Source: Octopus sinensis (taxonomy: Eukaryota). Taken from it: a DNA stretch of 64,000 nt. A model generated the notes under the pieces. The model was not told the DNA's origin, ran no database searches, and saw nothing but the letters and a program-made list of their open reading frames with translations. The translations under genes were made by a program, and so were the position numbers. Below, piece after piece: positions 25,993 to 38,196 of the stretch (within the stretch, counting starts at the first letter, position 1; the number at the start of each line of letters is the position of its first letter). Location: positions 24,862,001 through 24,926,000 of the forward strand of contig NC_043002.1 of NCBI RefSeq assembly GCF_006345805.1. Reading direction: 5' to 3'.

Positions 25993-26485
25993 GTCCGTCC
26001 TAAAAAACTTTGTGCGGAGCGAATTGTTACCTCTATGGAAATATATACACACACATTATACATACATGTGTGTATAGATGAATATATAAATACATTTAAA
26101 TATCTATATACACTTTTGGGCGATCTTTCTGCTACTTGGATATACTTTAGATCTTATATTCGTCCAATTCGTCCTAAATAACTTTGTATGGAGTGAATGG
26201 TTACCTCTATGGAAATATATACACACACATTATACATACATGTGTGTGTCTATATACAGTTTTGGGCGACTGCTACTTAGAGATAACTTTAGATGTTATT
26301 TTCGTCCTAAAAAAACTTTGTGCAGAGTGAATGGTTACCTGTATGGAAATATGTACACACCCATTATACATACATGTGTGTATAGATGAATATATAAATA
26401 CATTTAAATATCTATATACACTTTTGGGCGATCTTTCTGCTACTTGAATATACTTTAGATCTTATATTCATCCTAAAAAACTTTC
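25993..26485. repeat. Minisatellite, about 3 units of 135-175 bp
   Basis: cgtcctaaaaaactttgtg...gttacctctatggaaatat...cttttgggcgat...tactttagat recurs at about 25995, 26170, 26303 and 26470. Confidence 0.85.
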
Positions 26486-26744
26486 CTGTCACACACTCAC
26501 ACACACGCACCCTCACACACACACACACACTCACACACATACACTCACACACACGCACACACACACACGTTAGCTTACAATTTTATTTATATATTTGCGT
26601 GTCTATGTGTGTAAAGAGGAAGTGGGAATGCAGAGTGAAAGAGCTTTCACTTTAATCGTTGCACACTTGCAAAGAGAAAGGAGGAGAAATTAGGGTGATA
26701 GCGTCAGTGAAGCAGATCGCACACGCACACATTTCAGGATTGGC

Positions 26745-27074
26745 TCACACACCAAACCACTTTCGATATTGTATATCGACTCCTGGCATAGTCATTTGCA
26801 TCTTACCACTGATGGTTTGATTCGAGTAAAATTTTCCAACAGGTACTTCATTAACAACCGTGGGTCCTAAATAGATGAGCATGGATCTGGGGACACGTTT
26901 CATAGTGCCTAAGTCAAGGAGGAACTTGCTTGTCGAAACAGTAACACCAGTAGTTCCTGCAAATGATAACTCGCCATTTGGCTGGATATCATGCTCCAAA
27001 CAATACAGCTCCCAGTACGTGTCACCAATCTGGACTTCGGCCTGTCCAGTGTGGGTATTGATGTATTTTGTCAT
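26745..27074 (-). pseudogene. TUBA: Alpha-tubulin N-terminal pseudogene fragment (about residues 1-110)
   Basis: [27 protein letters not shown] resembles [46 protein letters not shown]; frameshifted DANDYARSRYTI. Confidence 0.85.
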
Positions 27075-27240
27075 TATTATAGCACCGCTTGTCTGTCTTT
27101 TGAAAGAGTAAAAACATATCTACATACACAAACTCACACACACATATATATATCTATACATACACATAAACATATAGACAAAGATAAATTTATAATGTAG
27201 CCGTATACTTCTACACATTACTTATTCATACTCCCACACA

Positions 27241-27498
<258 letters not shown>

Positions 27499-27589
27499 CA
27501 AGAATAATCAATATCAAGCGGACAGAATAAACAGACTCATAGATATGTCGATATCCGATGGATGTACTTGGTACAGACATAATTGTATC

Positions 27590-27623
<34 letters not shown>

Positions 27624-27972
27624 ATTAATAGTAATTTTTATTGACTTTTACAGGTTTATAATTTTATGAACTGAAATGTGGTTTTTTATTATTTTTCATG
27701 TATAGGTCTGATTTTAATTTAAATGTGAGTGTGCATATATTTTCCTGTGTGTTAGTTTTTAGAAATATTAGCTCAATATGTAGAATAACTGTGCTTATTA
27801 ATATATATTGATATATATTTTGTTTTATTTTGTTTATCCTGTATTATTGTATTAATGAATATATATATATGTGTGTAGTATTATGGTGTCTATGCACACG
27901 TTTTTATATTTTACATTTTTATATTTATATGTATATGGAAAAAAAATTTTTTCACAATTATAATTTATTAAA

Positions 27973-28086
27973 TTCTCTGAAGAGGCCGTGGGGCATCCTT
28001 GTTAATGTCTCATTTATACCTGCCTTATATGGCTTATAGGTTAAATGAGGCTTGCTTGCCCTTATTGCCGAAACAGCTGTCAGATA
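27973..28086 (+). ncRNA. Type I hammerhead ribozyme motif, probably in a Penelope-like pLTR remnant
   Basis: UCU-CUGAAGA-GGC...GCC-GAAA-CAGCU-GUC-AGA; cleavage predicted after C28081. Confidence 0.6.
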
Positions 28087-28262
28087 TGATATAATTACAT
28101 ATTATATTTTATATTTCTATTTCCTTGTCTAATTATATTTACAATATATTTTGTATAATGCCTTTACTGTTATGTAATGGTGTAATAAAGTATTGATTGG
28201 GTATCATCTGATGGTTGATGTTTGATTGATTTAAGTATGTTTCTCCATTTTCTAATTTTGTA

Positions 28263-28295
<33 letters not shown>

Positions 28296-28298
<3 letters not shown>

Positions 28299-28478
28299 AA
28301 AGTTTACGAAAAAAACAAAAGACGAAGACAGGTGGTGTACAAAACAAACAGATATATTAGTATAACGCTCAGGAATAGAAAAAGTCTTTTACGTTTCGAG
28401 CCTACGCACTTCTACAGAAAGGGACACAGAAAAAACAAGGAGAGAAAAAAAATGTGCATAGTGGCTAACGATCTATCA
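28296..28478 (-). mobile_element. Penelope-like pLTR remnant with a minimal hammerhead-like motif (28386-28421)
   Basis: Minus strand CUUU-CUGUAGA-aGUG-cguagg-CUC-GAAA-CGUA-AAAG; stub of the same repeat near 46222-46255. Confidence 0.5.
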
Positions 28479-28502
28479 TACACATATGTACATATATATA
28501 TA

Positions 28503-29097
28503 TCTATATATATAAAGCTGAAGTTGTCTGTGTGTGTGTGTGTGTGTGGCAGGTTTGGTAGCCTTCAACTAACACTATCTCCTCCGAGACCCTGCGGCGC
28601 AAGTTGACCAAAATTGAGAGTATAATAGAAGAAGGCTTGCTCTTCATTCCGTAGACGAAAAAATTCAAATCGGACCATATTAAGACCAAAAATTATTTAC
28701 ATAAAAAATGTGCTTTTTTTCTATGAAAATCCCAATTTTTTACGATTTTTTGACTGCTGTGCCGCCATTTTTCAGTGTATTTCAACCAGAAAAATGATTA
28801 CTTAAAGTGAATAACAAGCTACATAATACAAAAATTTTACTTTTCAAAAATTCCAATTCTAAAGGGTAGAAAAGAATTTTTTTCTCCATAATGTTAATAG
28901 AAGGAATATTAACCAACAATACCAACAATTGAAGTCGGCATTACACATTTGCAGCACATTCAGAGCAAACTCAAGCACACTATACTTTTATTCATAGATT
29001 GAAACTATGTCAAAACTTTGTTAACGCGATATCAAAGTCTGCTGTTTTAAGCGCAACTAAAAAAACAAACCCGAGCAACGCCGGGCTATACTGCTAG
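28503..29097 (+). mobile_element. Non-autonomous Helitron (595 bp), same termini as 1873 and 25142 but different interior
   Basis: A|TC start, cccgagcaacgccggg hairpin, CTAG|T end. Confidence 0.88.
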
Positions 29098-29404
29098 TAT
29101 ATTGTTATAATCAGTGTAAATGAGAACATAATGAAGGGAGATAACTTAGAATGTTTTCTGACTGAAGCTTCAAAATCTGGTTGAGGGGAGATAAGTGGTT
29201 TGTGATGAGAGTTGAAATGACGTTGCCCAGACAACTGTTCTCTTTTTAACGGATTGGCGTTGATAGTAAAGAAAGAGAGCTGCATACGGATCGGACCGTT
29301 TACAACATATCTTTGAACAATCAAATTCTGGACATTAAATTCTTTGGATATAAATTTATTTGCAAATGGATCGCTTAATTATCGAATGTATCTTTTAATT
29401 GACT

Positions 29405-29735
29405 TCATCATCATCATCATCATTTAGCGTCCGTTTTCCATGCTAGCATGGGTTGGACGGTTTAACTAGGGTCTGTGAAGCCGGAAGGCTTCATCAGGCC
29501 CAGTCAGATTTGGCAGTGTTTCTATGGCTGGATGCCCTTCCTAACGCCAACCACTCCGTGAGTGTAGTGGGTGCTTTTTACGTGCCACCTGCACAGGTGC
29601 CAGACAGAGCTGGCAAACGGCCACGAACGGATGGTGTTTTTACGTGCCACCGGCACGGGGGCCAGGCGATGCTGGCAATGGACACGAACGGATGGTGCTT
29701 TTACGTGCTACCGGCACGGGGGCCAGGCGAGGCTA
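29405..29735 (-). mobile_element. RTE-LINE 3'UTR fragment with tandem ~60-bp units
   Basis: Reverse complement of the 2870-3400 type. Confidence 0.85.
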
Positions 29736-29746
29736 AAATAAATTTT

Positions 29747-32060
29747 TGTTACATAATTTCATCCTTTCACTGATTTTACAATTTTGTTGTTGCGTTCAGA
29801 AGTTCGCCCCTTTTTATAACTAAGAATTTGTCTGATCGTAACAAACTGGGGGCTCGTCTGGGAACTAATCTCCTCATAAAACTTTACTATTCACTTCTGA
29901 ACTGATTGATTTGAGTTTAAAAATAAAAAAAATTTCCGAGAATTTTTCAAAAGTTATACACAAAATTTCCACTGCTGAAATATATATATTACCTGTATAC
30001 TTTTGTATCAACAATTAAAATTCTTATTGTGAAATCAGTTTGAAAAATTTATTGAATTTCCCAGCGTGGAGCAATTAAGGATTTTTAAAATATCAGAATT
30101 GTTGTTATTGGCCAAACATTACTATTTGGATGAGGTTAAGTCAACTATGAAAAAGAAAGAGATTTTCAAAGTTGTTTTGGAACATTTGGTTGATGAAGAA
30201 ATTTTCGAAGAGTCGGCTTTGTTATTGTTAAAATCAGAGAAAACCGAAGAGTTTGAGTTGAAGAAGTAAGAATTAGAATTTCAAAAAGAAATAAAGGAAA
30301 TGGAAAATCCAAAAAAGAATTAAAATTAAAAGAAGTGGAGTTACAGAGTAGAAAGTTGGACACTCCTCGTGATCAGAAAGATTTTGATGTAGCTAAAGAT
30401 ATTAGACTTGTGCCCCCATTTAGTGAAAAAGATGTTGATAAAATTTTCCTTCATTTTGAAAAGGAAGCAATAAATTTGAGATGGCCTGTGGAGCATTGGA
30501 CAATGTTAATACAAAGTGTTTTAAAAGGCAGGGCTCAGAAAGTCTATTCGGTTTTATTGAATGAAGCAAGTTTGAATTATGAAGTGGTCAAACAGGCTAT
30601 TCTAAAAGCTTATGAACTGGTCCCTGAAGCATATAGACAAAAATTTAGACAGTCCAAGAAAAGAAGTAAGGATACTTAAGTAGAATTTGCTAGAAAGAAG
30701 GAAAATTTGTTTGATAGGTGTCAAAAGAAGTTGGGGAAGATTTTCACAAATCGAGGCAACTAATATTATTAGAGGATTTCAAATAGTGTGTGCATGTTGA
30801 TATTAGGACTTATTTGGAAGAGCAGAGAGTAGAACAGTTACAAGAGGCAGCTAGTTTAGCAGATGATTATTCTATTACTCATAAACGTGAGTTCAAGCTG
30901 TATGGTTATTATACTCAGGATAATTTCGAGTTAAGTCAGACAAGTAAGTCAATTTATTCAGCTAAGTCAGGTTCGAATCCTAACAAGTCCAATGGTTCAG
31001 AGTTAAAAAAGTCAACCAGTCCATTTGTTTCTAAATCTGATTCAAATTTTCATTCAAAAATTATTTGTAGATATTGTAGAAAGTCAGGCCATTTGATTTC
31101 TGAGTGTAAAAAGCTCAATTCAAAAAATCAGTCACACATGCTTTTGTGAATGTCAGGTCTCAGCTTATTTCCGTCATTATTAACACTGAGGTGCAGTTTG
31201 TTTCAGTTCAGTCACCAAAGTCTGCTGTTTTTGTTGATGAGAGGTACTTGCCTTTTACTTCAAAAGGTTTTATCTCACTTGAGGGTAATAAGTCCACATT
31301 ACGACCCATTACTATTTTGAGGGACAGGTGCACTCCAGTCTTTATTGTTCGAAGGTACTCTTCCTTCCTCAGAAGTGTTGTCTGCTAAATCTGATGTTTT
31401 ATTAGAGGGTATTAATGGAATTTCAGGTGCACCTCTACATTTTGTTGATTTGCAGTCAGATTTTGTGTCTGGTTTGATGAAAGTTGGCGTTAAGACTTGC
31501 TTATTGGAAATGATTTAGCAGGATCCAAGGTTTTGTCTGATCCACATGTTAGCATTGAGCCAAGCACTTCTGAGAGCACTGAATCCCTTCAGGAAATAAT
31601 TCCTGGTATTTTTCCCTCATGTGCTGTGACTCATTCTATGGCTAACTCGATTTCACAAGAGATTTCCAAAAATATCTCAAAAGAGATTCCAGATAATATC
31701 TCAAAAGAGATTTCGGATAACAACACCTCGAAAGAGAATTTTAATGAGAATGATAGTTATGATCTTGCTGGATCTTTTATGGATCATTCTCTACAGGAGA
31801 ATGTACTTTTGTTCTGAGCAGTGCAGCTCAGTTTTCAGGGCTTGACCCTGTACTCACTCGTTCACAGCTCATTTCATCTCAGGGTGACGATCCTGAAATT
31901 CAAACATTGGCTCGCCGAGCACTTCCCAACAATGAGGCTGTTAAGGTTCCTGTTTGTTATTACAACCAAGATGGTGTTTTGATGAGAAAATGGAGACTGC
32001 CAGAAGTTTCTGCAGAGGATGAATGGAAAGTATTTCATCAAATTGCTGTTCCTCAAGTTT
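29747..32060 (+). mobile_element. Truncated Ty3/Gypsy (Gmr1-like) LTR retrotransposon: LTR end, PBS, gag, protease, start of integrase region
   Basis: LTR end GTAACA (29843); gag VPPFSEKDV..F..FEK, YELVPEAYRQKFR, knuckle CRYCRKSGHLISEC; frameshifted LRD(T)GA.QS; LMRKWR...QIAVPQ; many stops. Confidence 0.88.
29847..29863 (+). other. Primer-binding site for tRNA-Pro
   Basis: TGGGGGCTCGTCTGGGA matches the complement of the tRNA-Pro 3' end (TGGGGGCTCGTCCGGGA) at 16/17. Confidence 0.85.
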
Positions 32061-32218
32061 GCTCGTTTCTATCTCTCTTTCTTATTACCATATTTTTGGC
32101 TTTCTGTCCCCAAACAAAACTTCCCAGTCCGTTCAATCCAATGAACGGGAATGTGAAACTCTGAGTATCAGCTTTTGTTATATTTCTGCTGCTTTTAAAT
32201 ACATACATAATATAAATA

Positions 32219-32279
<61 letters not shown>

Positions 32280-32969
32280 TATATACATATGTATATGTAC
32301 ATACTTACATCTACATGTATATATATATATATATGCATATGTGGGCACAGGACATCAGGAAATGTGTACAACAAAAAAATACGAAGCATGAGTACATAGA
32401 ACATGAACTATTCTTTCGAACAACAAAAAGCACAAATGGAAAACAAAACAAACAGTATAAAGAACGACCCTTCATCAGTTGTTGGTTGTTTTTCTACTCT
32501 CGTATTTCGAACATTTAACAACAATATATGCTTTCGATAAAATAGTTGCTCCTGCAAAGCAAATTAAATAAAATTTGGAATTTTGCAGAGGGTCAAAATT
32601 GGTAATACAAACAAGACAGTGAAAACAAACAAGAAGGGCTGCTAAACCTAAATGAGATTGAGGTGGCAAATGCGTAAATCAAGCTTGGACAAACAAGAAC
32701 ACATTTTCCTTGTTCAAGCTACAATGGAGAGAAAGAAGGAAAGATGGTTGATGGACACGTAGGAGCCACGTGAGCAAGGGAGGAGTGAGGGAGAGAAAGT
32801 GACAGAGTAATAGGATAGAATAGTGGGAGAAGAGATGGTAAAAGAATAAGAGAGAGAAAAACGAAAGAGTAAAAAGATCATATAGAGTGTGCATCAGAAT
32901 TATTAAGATAAAACTTACTTGGAAGAGGATGTGTGGCGTTCAATCATATAATAATATATATAATATATG

Positions 32970-33089
32970 CTAGCAGTATAACCCGGCTTTGCCCAGGATT
33001 AAGTTAGGATTATTAAGCTAATCAAGTTCTTTATTTCAAACCAAACTAAGTAACATCGACATCAAATTTGGGCAGAATCCGTTGAAATT

Positions 33090-33095
<6 letters not shown>
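32970..33095 (-). mobile_element. Helitron 3' end fragment
   Basis: Minus strand cctgggcaaagccgggttatactgCTAG resembles the family terminus. Confidence 0.55.
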
Positions 33096-33130
<35 letters not shown>

Positions 33131-33529
33131 GCAACACACACGTACTATGTACACCTACTGCATATATGTTTTTGGGATGCATACATGTGTGTGTGTTGCC
33201 CGTATATCAACAAAACACTTTCTTCCTCGAAGGAAAAAAAGCAACAAAAGTCTTAACAAAAACTTACTCGTCGCTAGAAGGGGACTTAACTCCTGTTTGC
33301 AAACAATGGTGATTTCTCTAACTTGAAAATGGTTAAAAGTTTTGGTTGAAAATTAATTTTTACTGCTATTCGCTGGTGCCTCTGGGAAAAATAAGTTGAC
33401 GAAAATACAGCTAGGATCATAACGAATGTCCTCCTAAAATTGGAGCGACATGAGTGCTAATTTGTGGACGTGCATAAATTACATTCACGTACACACACAC
33501 ATCCTGCCTTTTATATATACAGATATGTA

Positions 33530-33624
33530 TATGCATATATACCTACGTATATGTACATACTTACATCTATATATATGTATACATACATATATGTATATAT
33601 ATATATATGTACATATATGTATAC

Positions 33625-33655
<31 letters not shown>

Positions 33656-33680
33656 CACATATAACATATACACACACATA
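33530..33680. repeat. (TA)/(TATG) low-complexity tract
   Basis: Directly visible. Confidence 0.9.
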
Positions 33681-34010
33681 TATGTTGGTGCGTTTGTCTC
33701 TGTAACTTAGTGGTTCAGCAAAAGAAACTGATAGAATAAGTTCTAAGCTTACAAACAGTAAGTCCTGGGGTCGATTTATTCAACTAAAGGTAGTGCTTCA
33801 GCATGGTCACAGTCAAATGACTGAAACAAGTAACAGTAAAGATATATATACATATATATATAAATATAAATACACACACAAACTTTTTCAGTTCCCACAA
33901 ATCAAATCCACTCTCAAGGCTTTGGATTAAAGTAGGAAACACTTACCCAATGCGCTGTGCAGTGGGACTGAGCCCAAAATTACATGGCTGCTGACTTAAC
34001 CACACAGTCA
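33680..34010. mobile_element. Two SINE family A halves (3' half plus strand, 5' half minus strand)
   Basis: Similarity to the 22293 copy. Confidence 0.65.
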
Positions 34011-35073
34011 TATATGTATGTATAAATACATACAGAGAAACCGAGAAGAGGAAGCTATGAAAACAGCTGTCCTTACTAATTTTCAGGTAGTTTCCCTTTC
34101 TGTAGCTGAATTCTAAGACAAGTATTCACCTGGTTCAATATTGTTTAATATTGATAAATTGTTCCAATAACTAAGTGGTGAGAGCTTGTTGGAGAGTTAA
34201 TGCTGTTGTTTGACTTATGGCATATAGTAGTTAGCTGTTCCTTAGCCCCAAGTCAGCTCTAGTCCAGCAGACCTATGCCTTAAAAGTAATCAGATACTGT
34301 TTAGCCCCAGGTCAATCTTCATCAAGAAGCAAGCCATGTAAGACATGACTCACAATCAGATGAACCATACAACTAAAAGAAATTTAGGATAACTTTTCAC
34401 TGGCATACCATTCAAAAAGTTTTGAAAGCTTCAGTTTGCCAATTGATCAGTGTAGACATTGCAAACAGGCTATTGTATACCACAGAAAATGCAGGGTTAC
34501 AAGAATCTACTTATAAATAGCAATTTAATAAAGAATTACATTTTTGGTTAGAATATGCTTGAAAAGTGCCATATAGTAACCCTACCCTCAAGCCAAGTCA
34601 GTCTGCCATTTCTCTTCCCTTACCAATTCATACTCTCAATACGTAAGGTGAAATATAACATGCTAAATTGTGTAGTTTTGTCTTTTAATACAGATAGAAG
34701 TAGAACACCACAAACATAAGTGGACTGAATTAATGAACTGGATTCATGTTTCTGGATCATTTCTCCATATTGCAACATCAAATTCTATTAGCGCTGACTC
34801 TAATCGTCCCTATTTTCAAAATTAATAAAGTAAACACTAAACATTACTCTGATAAATTTGAATATCTCTCCTCTACAAATAGGTAAACTTACCTGTGCCA
34901 ATCACAAAAAATTACTGTTAAAAATATGACAATACTTTCACACATTTTCTTTGGTCTTAAATTTTATTAAAAAAATCCCTTCATTATTCTCTCCATTCCA
35001 TCCAATTCACTGCTACACTGAAAATCTTACATTTCATATATATATTTCACCATAATTCTCATTGTGATATCAT

Positions 35074-36282
35074 TTATTTAATGTGAATAGCAGAGTGTCT
35101 ATTTAAGTTACTTTTACATGAGAATGCTTTACCACAAATTACACAAGGGAATGGTTTCTCTCCTGTATGAACCAATTTATGTTTTTTCAAGGTAGAACTT
35201 TGTGCAAATGCTTTTCCACAAACATCACAAGGGAATGGTCTTTCTCCAGTATGAACCATTTCATGCTTTAGGAAGTCACAATTATACAAGAATGTTTTGC
35301 CACAAAACTCACATTGATATGGTTTCTCTTCTAAATGTGACAGACTATGCTTGCTTAAACTATCACTAGATGAAAACGTTTTACCACAAATTTCACAATG
35401 ATGTGCTTCCTCTCCTGTATGAACTGTTTTATGTATCACAACAAATTCTTTCCTTGAGAATGTTTTATCACAGATATCACACTGATAAACCTTCTGTTCT
35501 GTATGTAATATTTCATGCTTCTTTAAGCTTTTATTACACGAAAATATTTTAGCACAAATTTCACAATGGTAGATTTTTGGTTTTTTGTGAATTTTTTTAT
35601 GATTTCTAAAGTCAATATTAGATGAGAATGATTCACCACAAACATCACATTGAGATGGTTTCTCTGTATGAGTGAGGGCATGCTTCCTCAAGTTACCTTT
35701 TAACGAAAATGTTTTACCACAAACCTCACAATAAAATGGTTTTTCTCCGGTATGAACTAATTCATGTGTTTTTAAGTGACCACTGCGTGAGAATGCTCGA
35801 CCACAAATATCACACTGGTATGGTTTCTCCCCCGTGTGGATTAATACATGTTTTGTTAAAGCACTATTAGACGAGAATGCTTTGGCACAGATTTCACACT
35901 GGTATGGACGTTCCCCTGTATGAGTCATCTTATGACTCCTTAGATTACAACTCAGGGAGAAGGCTTTACCACAAATATCACACTGGTAAGGTTTCTCCCC
36001 CGTATGAATCATTTCGTGCCTCTTTAAGTGACCACTCAATAAAAAAGCTTTACCACAAATCTCACATTGGTGTGGTTTTTCACCTGTGTGTATTAATTTA
36101 TGCTTCCATAAATTATAGTTCTGTGAAAATGCTTTACCACAAATATCACAGTGGAAAGGCTTCTCATCTGCATGAATCATTTTATGCCTCTTTAAACTAC
36201 TATTAGCTGAGAATGTTTTCCCACATATTTCACAATTATATGATCGTTTGTTTTTGTGGACCATTTCTTCTTCTTCTTCCAT
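35074..36282 (-). CDS. C2H2 zinc-finger protein ZNF2, 402 aa, 14 fingers
   Basis: Intact tandem C2H2 array with HTGEKP linkers. Confidence 0.95.
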   Translation of the reverse strand: MEEEEEMVHKNKRSYNCEICGKTFSANSSLKRHKMIHADEKPFHCDICGKAFSQNYNLWKHKLIHTGEKPHQCEICGKAFLLSGHLKRHEMIHTGEKPYQCDICGKAFSLSCNLRSHKMTHTGERPYQCEICAKAFSSNSALTKHVLIHTGEKPYQCDICGRAFSRSGHLKTHELVHTGEKPFYCEVCGKTFSLKGNLRKHALTHTEKPSQCDVCGESFSSNIDFRNHKKIHKKPKIYHCEICAKIFSCNKSLKKHEILHTEQKVYQCDICDKTFSRKEFVVIHKTVHTGEEAHHCEICGKTFSSSDSLSKHSLSHLEEKPYQCEFCGKTFLYNCDFLKHEMVHTGERPFPCDVCGKAFAQSSTLKKHKLVHTGEKPFPCVICGKAFSCKSNLNRHSAIHIK

Positions 36283-36463
36283 ACTTTGAAATTCACAGAA
36301 GTATAATATTAAGCAATATTCTCCAGCTTATATAATCAAAACATCAATTTCATTCAAAAGTGCATGTTTACATATATCCTCAAAGAAACAAAGAACTTAA
36401 CAGTTGATTCATTATTCCAGAAACACTTGTTTTTGATGTTTTTCTTCTTTTCGAAAATATTTC

Positions 36464-36475
36464 CTGAAATACAAC
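36464..36475 (-). promoter_or_regulatory. ZNF2 splice acceptor GTTGTATTTCAG|G
   Basis: Conserved in all four ZNF genes. Confidence 0.8.
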
Positions 36476-37112
36476 AAAATCAACATGTGGTTAAGGATAA
36501 AACTTCAAGGAATATAACATGAGGCATTCACAACGAAACATGTTCCTTATCATCATCTAGAGATATCGATATTAAAACAAAACTCTACAGCATGACGAGC
36601 GTATTTCATCACTGTAACTAAAAAACAAGATATGAAACTCATTTTGAACTAGAAGGAAAATATGAACATATTATCAGCAACAGAGTATTCAGAGTTTCCA
36701 CATTTCAAACGATATCACCATAAAAGGGTGGCTACTGTGTTGTACACAATTTCAACGTCTACGTTTCTGAAGAAACACAGATCACAATATTCCTCCGACA
36801 GAACTCAATAAATTGATGCATCACTGAACAATGTCTATGTTAACGCATCACTGAATTATACAAGCCAACAGTAAAACACATGCTATCTACCAACATTTTA
36901 ATCTATAGCAACTGTCAAACAAAACCAGCCAACGAAGGAGCTTTTATGTGGTCAGCTGGCCTGCTAAAAATATAAACCTGACCTTCCTCAAATAAAACCA
37001 GATGTCTTAAAAAGAGAAAGACACATTGAATAATGTAGTTCGGGTACACTATTTCTGAAAAAAATTAATGGTCAGGACAAGCATGAAGCTATATAACAAG
37101 AGACAAAAGAGA

Positions 37113-37119
37113 TCTTACC
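37113..37119 (-). promoter_or_regulatory. Predicted ZNF2 exon-1 donor GAG|GTAAGA (intron 36464-37118)
   Basis: Same context as the ZNF1 donor. Confidence 0.7.
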
Positions 37120-37298
37120 TCAACATATTAGTTTCTATTTCTGAAGCCTAAACAATAAAACAACAACATACCCCATCTTTATACGTCTTAAATACCCAAT
37201 ATTTGCTGCTATCACACATGTACTTATATTTCAAGAAGATGTTTGAAATAACGAAGCAATAGAAACATGAAGTCCGAATATAGAAATGTTATGGACGA

Positions 37299-37326
37299 CC
37301 GGAAGTAGAGAACAAACTAACCGATA
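37299..37326. promoter_or_regulatory. 28-bp promoter module copy 2
   Basis: CCGGAAGTAGAGAACAAACTAACCGATA. Confidence 0.75.
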
Positions 37327-38102
37327 AAAAAATTTAAAAACAATGAGAATTATAGCATATTTCGCTTTCTAGCCAGGGAAATACTCAACTGAGTACCATA
37401 TTGGCCGATGAGCACTTTTCTTAAAGTGGTAAAATGCGATTTAACGAAGATTCAGTTGCTATTTCCAGCAGAGTGAACGGCCATGTAGATGCTTCCTTTT
37501 GTGACAAAACGACTCTGTATCTTTTATCTTTTGCGTTTTTTGATCATTGGAGTGCGACCACGCTGAGCCATTGCTTCGAAGGGTTTCCGTCAAATTGATC
37601 CCAGTCCTCATTTTATTAAAGCCCGATACTTATTCTACCAATCTTACATGCCGAACCGTTTTCACGGGAACGTAAACAAATCAACACCGGTTGTCAAGCG
37701 GTGCTGGTAGAGAACAAACACCAAAACACGCACACATAATGATTCTTTGATGCATCGAAAGACATTTATTTCGCACTGTACGAATAACAACCGACGCACT
37801 TTGACTCCAAAATAGTACAATCCAATAGAATCCTTTAAAGGGACAGACAGATTAGACAGTTGACTGGCATGATCTCATTCGTTTATAACTCACAGAACTA
37901 TTTCCCAAACACACACATAAACATAATAGTAAATGAATTTTCCATCTATTTCAACGATGAGTATTCCTTAATATTTATCAACTCAAAATAGCTGATTATT
38001 CCATACACGCACGTACGCGTAAGTGTGTGTGTGTATATATATATATTACGGAGATGCACTTGCATAGCGAGTGACTTGATCTGAGATCGTGTTCTGGAAC
38101 GA

Positions 38103-38196
38103 AAATAATTGCAACGTGGAAGGTGTTTATAAGCCATTTAAAAAACACTCAAAACCATTAAATGGCTTATAAACACCTTCCACGCTGCAATTATTT
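38103..38196. repeat. Inverted repeat, 38-bp arms (1 mismatch), 18-nt spacer
   Basis: aaataattgcaacgtggaaggtgtttataagccattta / taaatggcttataaacaccttccacgctgcaattattt. Confidence 0.9.

Noticed and set aside
25142-27074. Helitron capture of the tubulin fragment as one composite element
   Set aside because: The Helitron has its own A|TC 5' end at 25987 and no convincing second TC terminus lies beyond the tubulin piece
31640-31735. 24-bp tandem repeat encoding ISKEI.DN
   Set aside because: Local slippage inside the dead Gypsy pol spacer; no independent meaning evident
32390-32480. Minus-strand CUGAUGA...CGAAA hammerhead-like motif
   Set aside because: Stems II and III do not pair convincingly; at most a dead PLE relic
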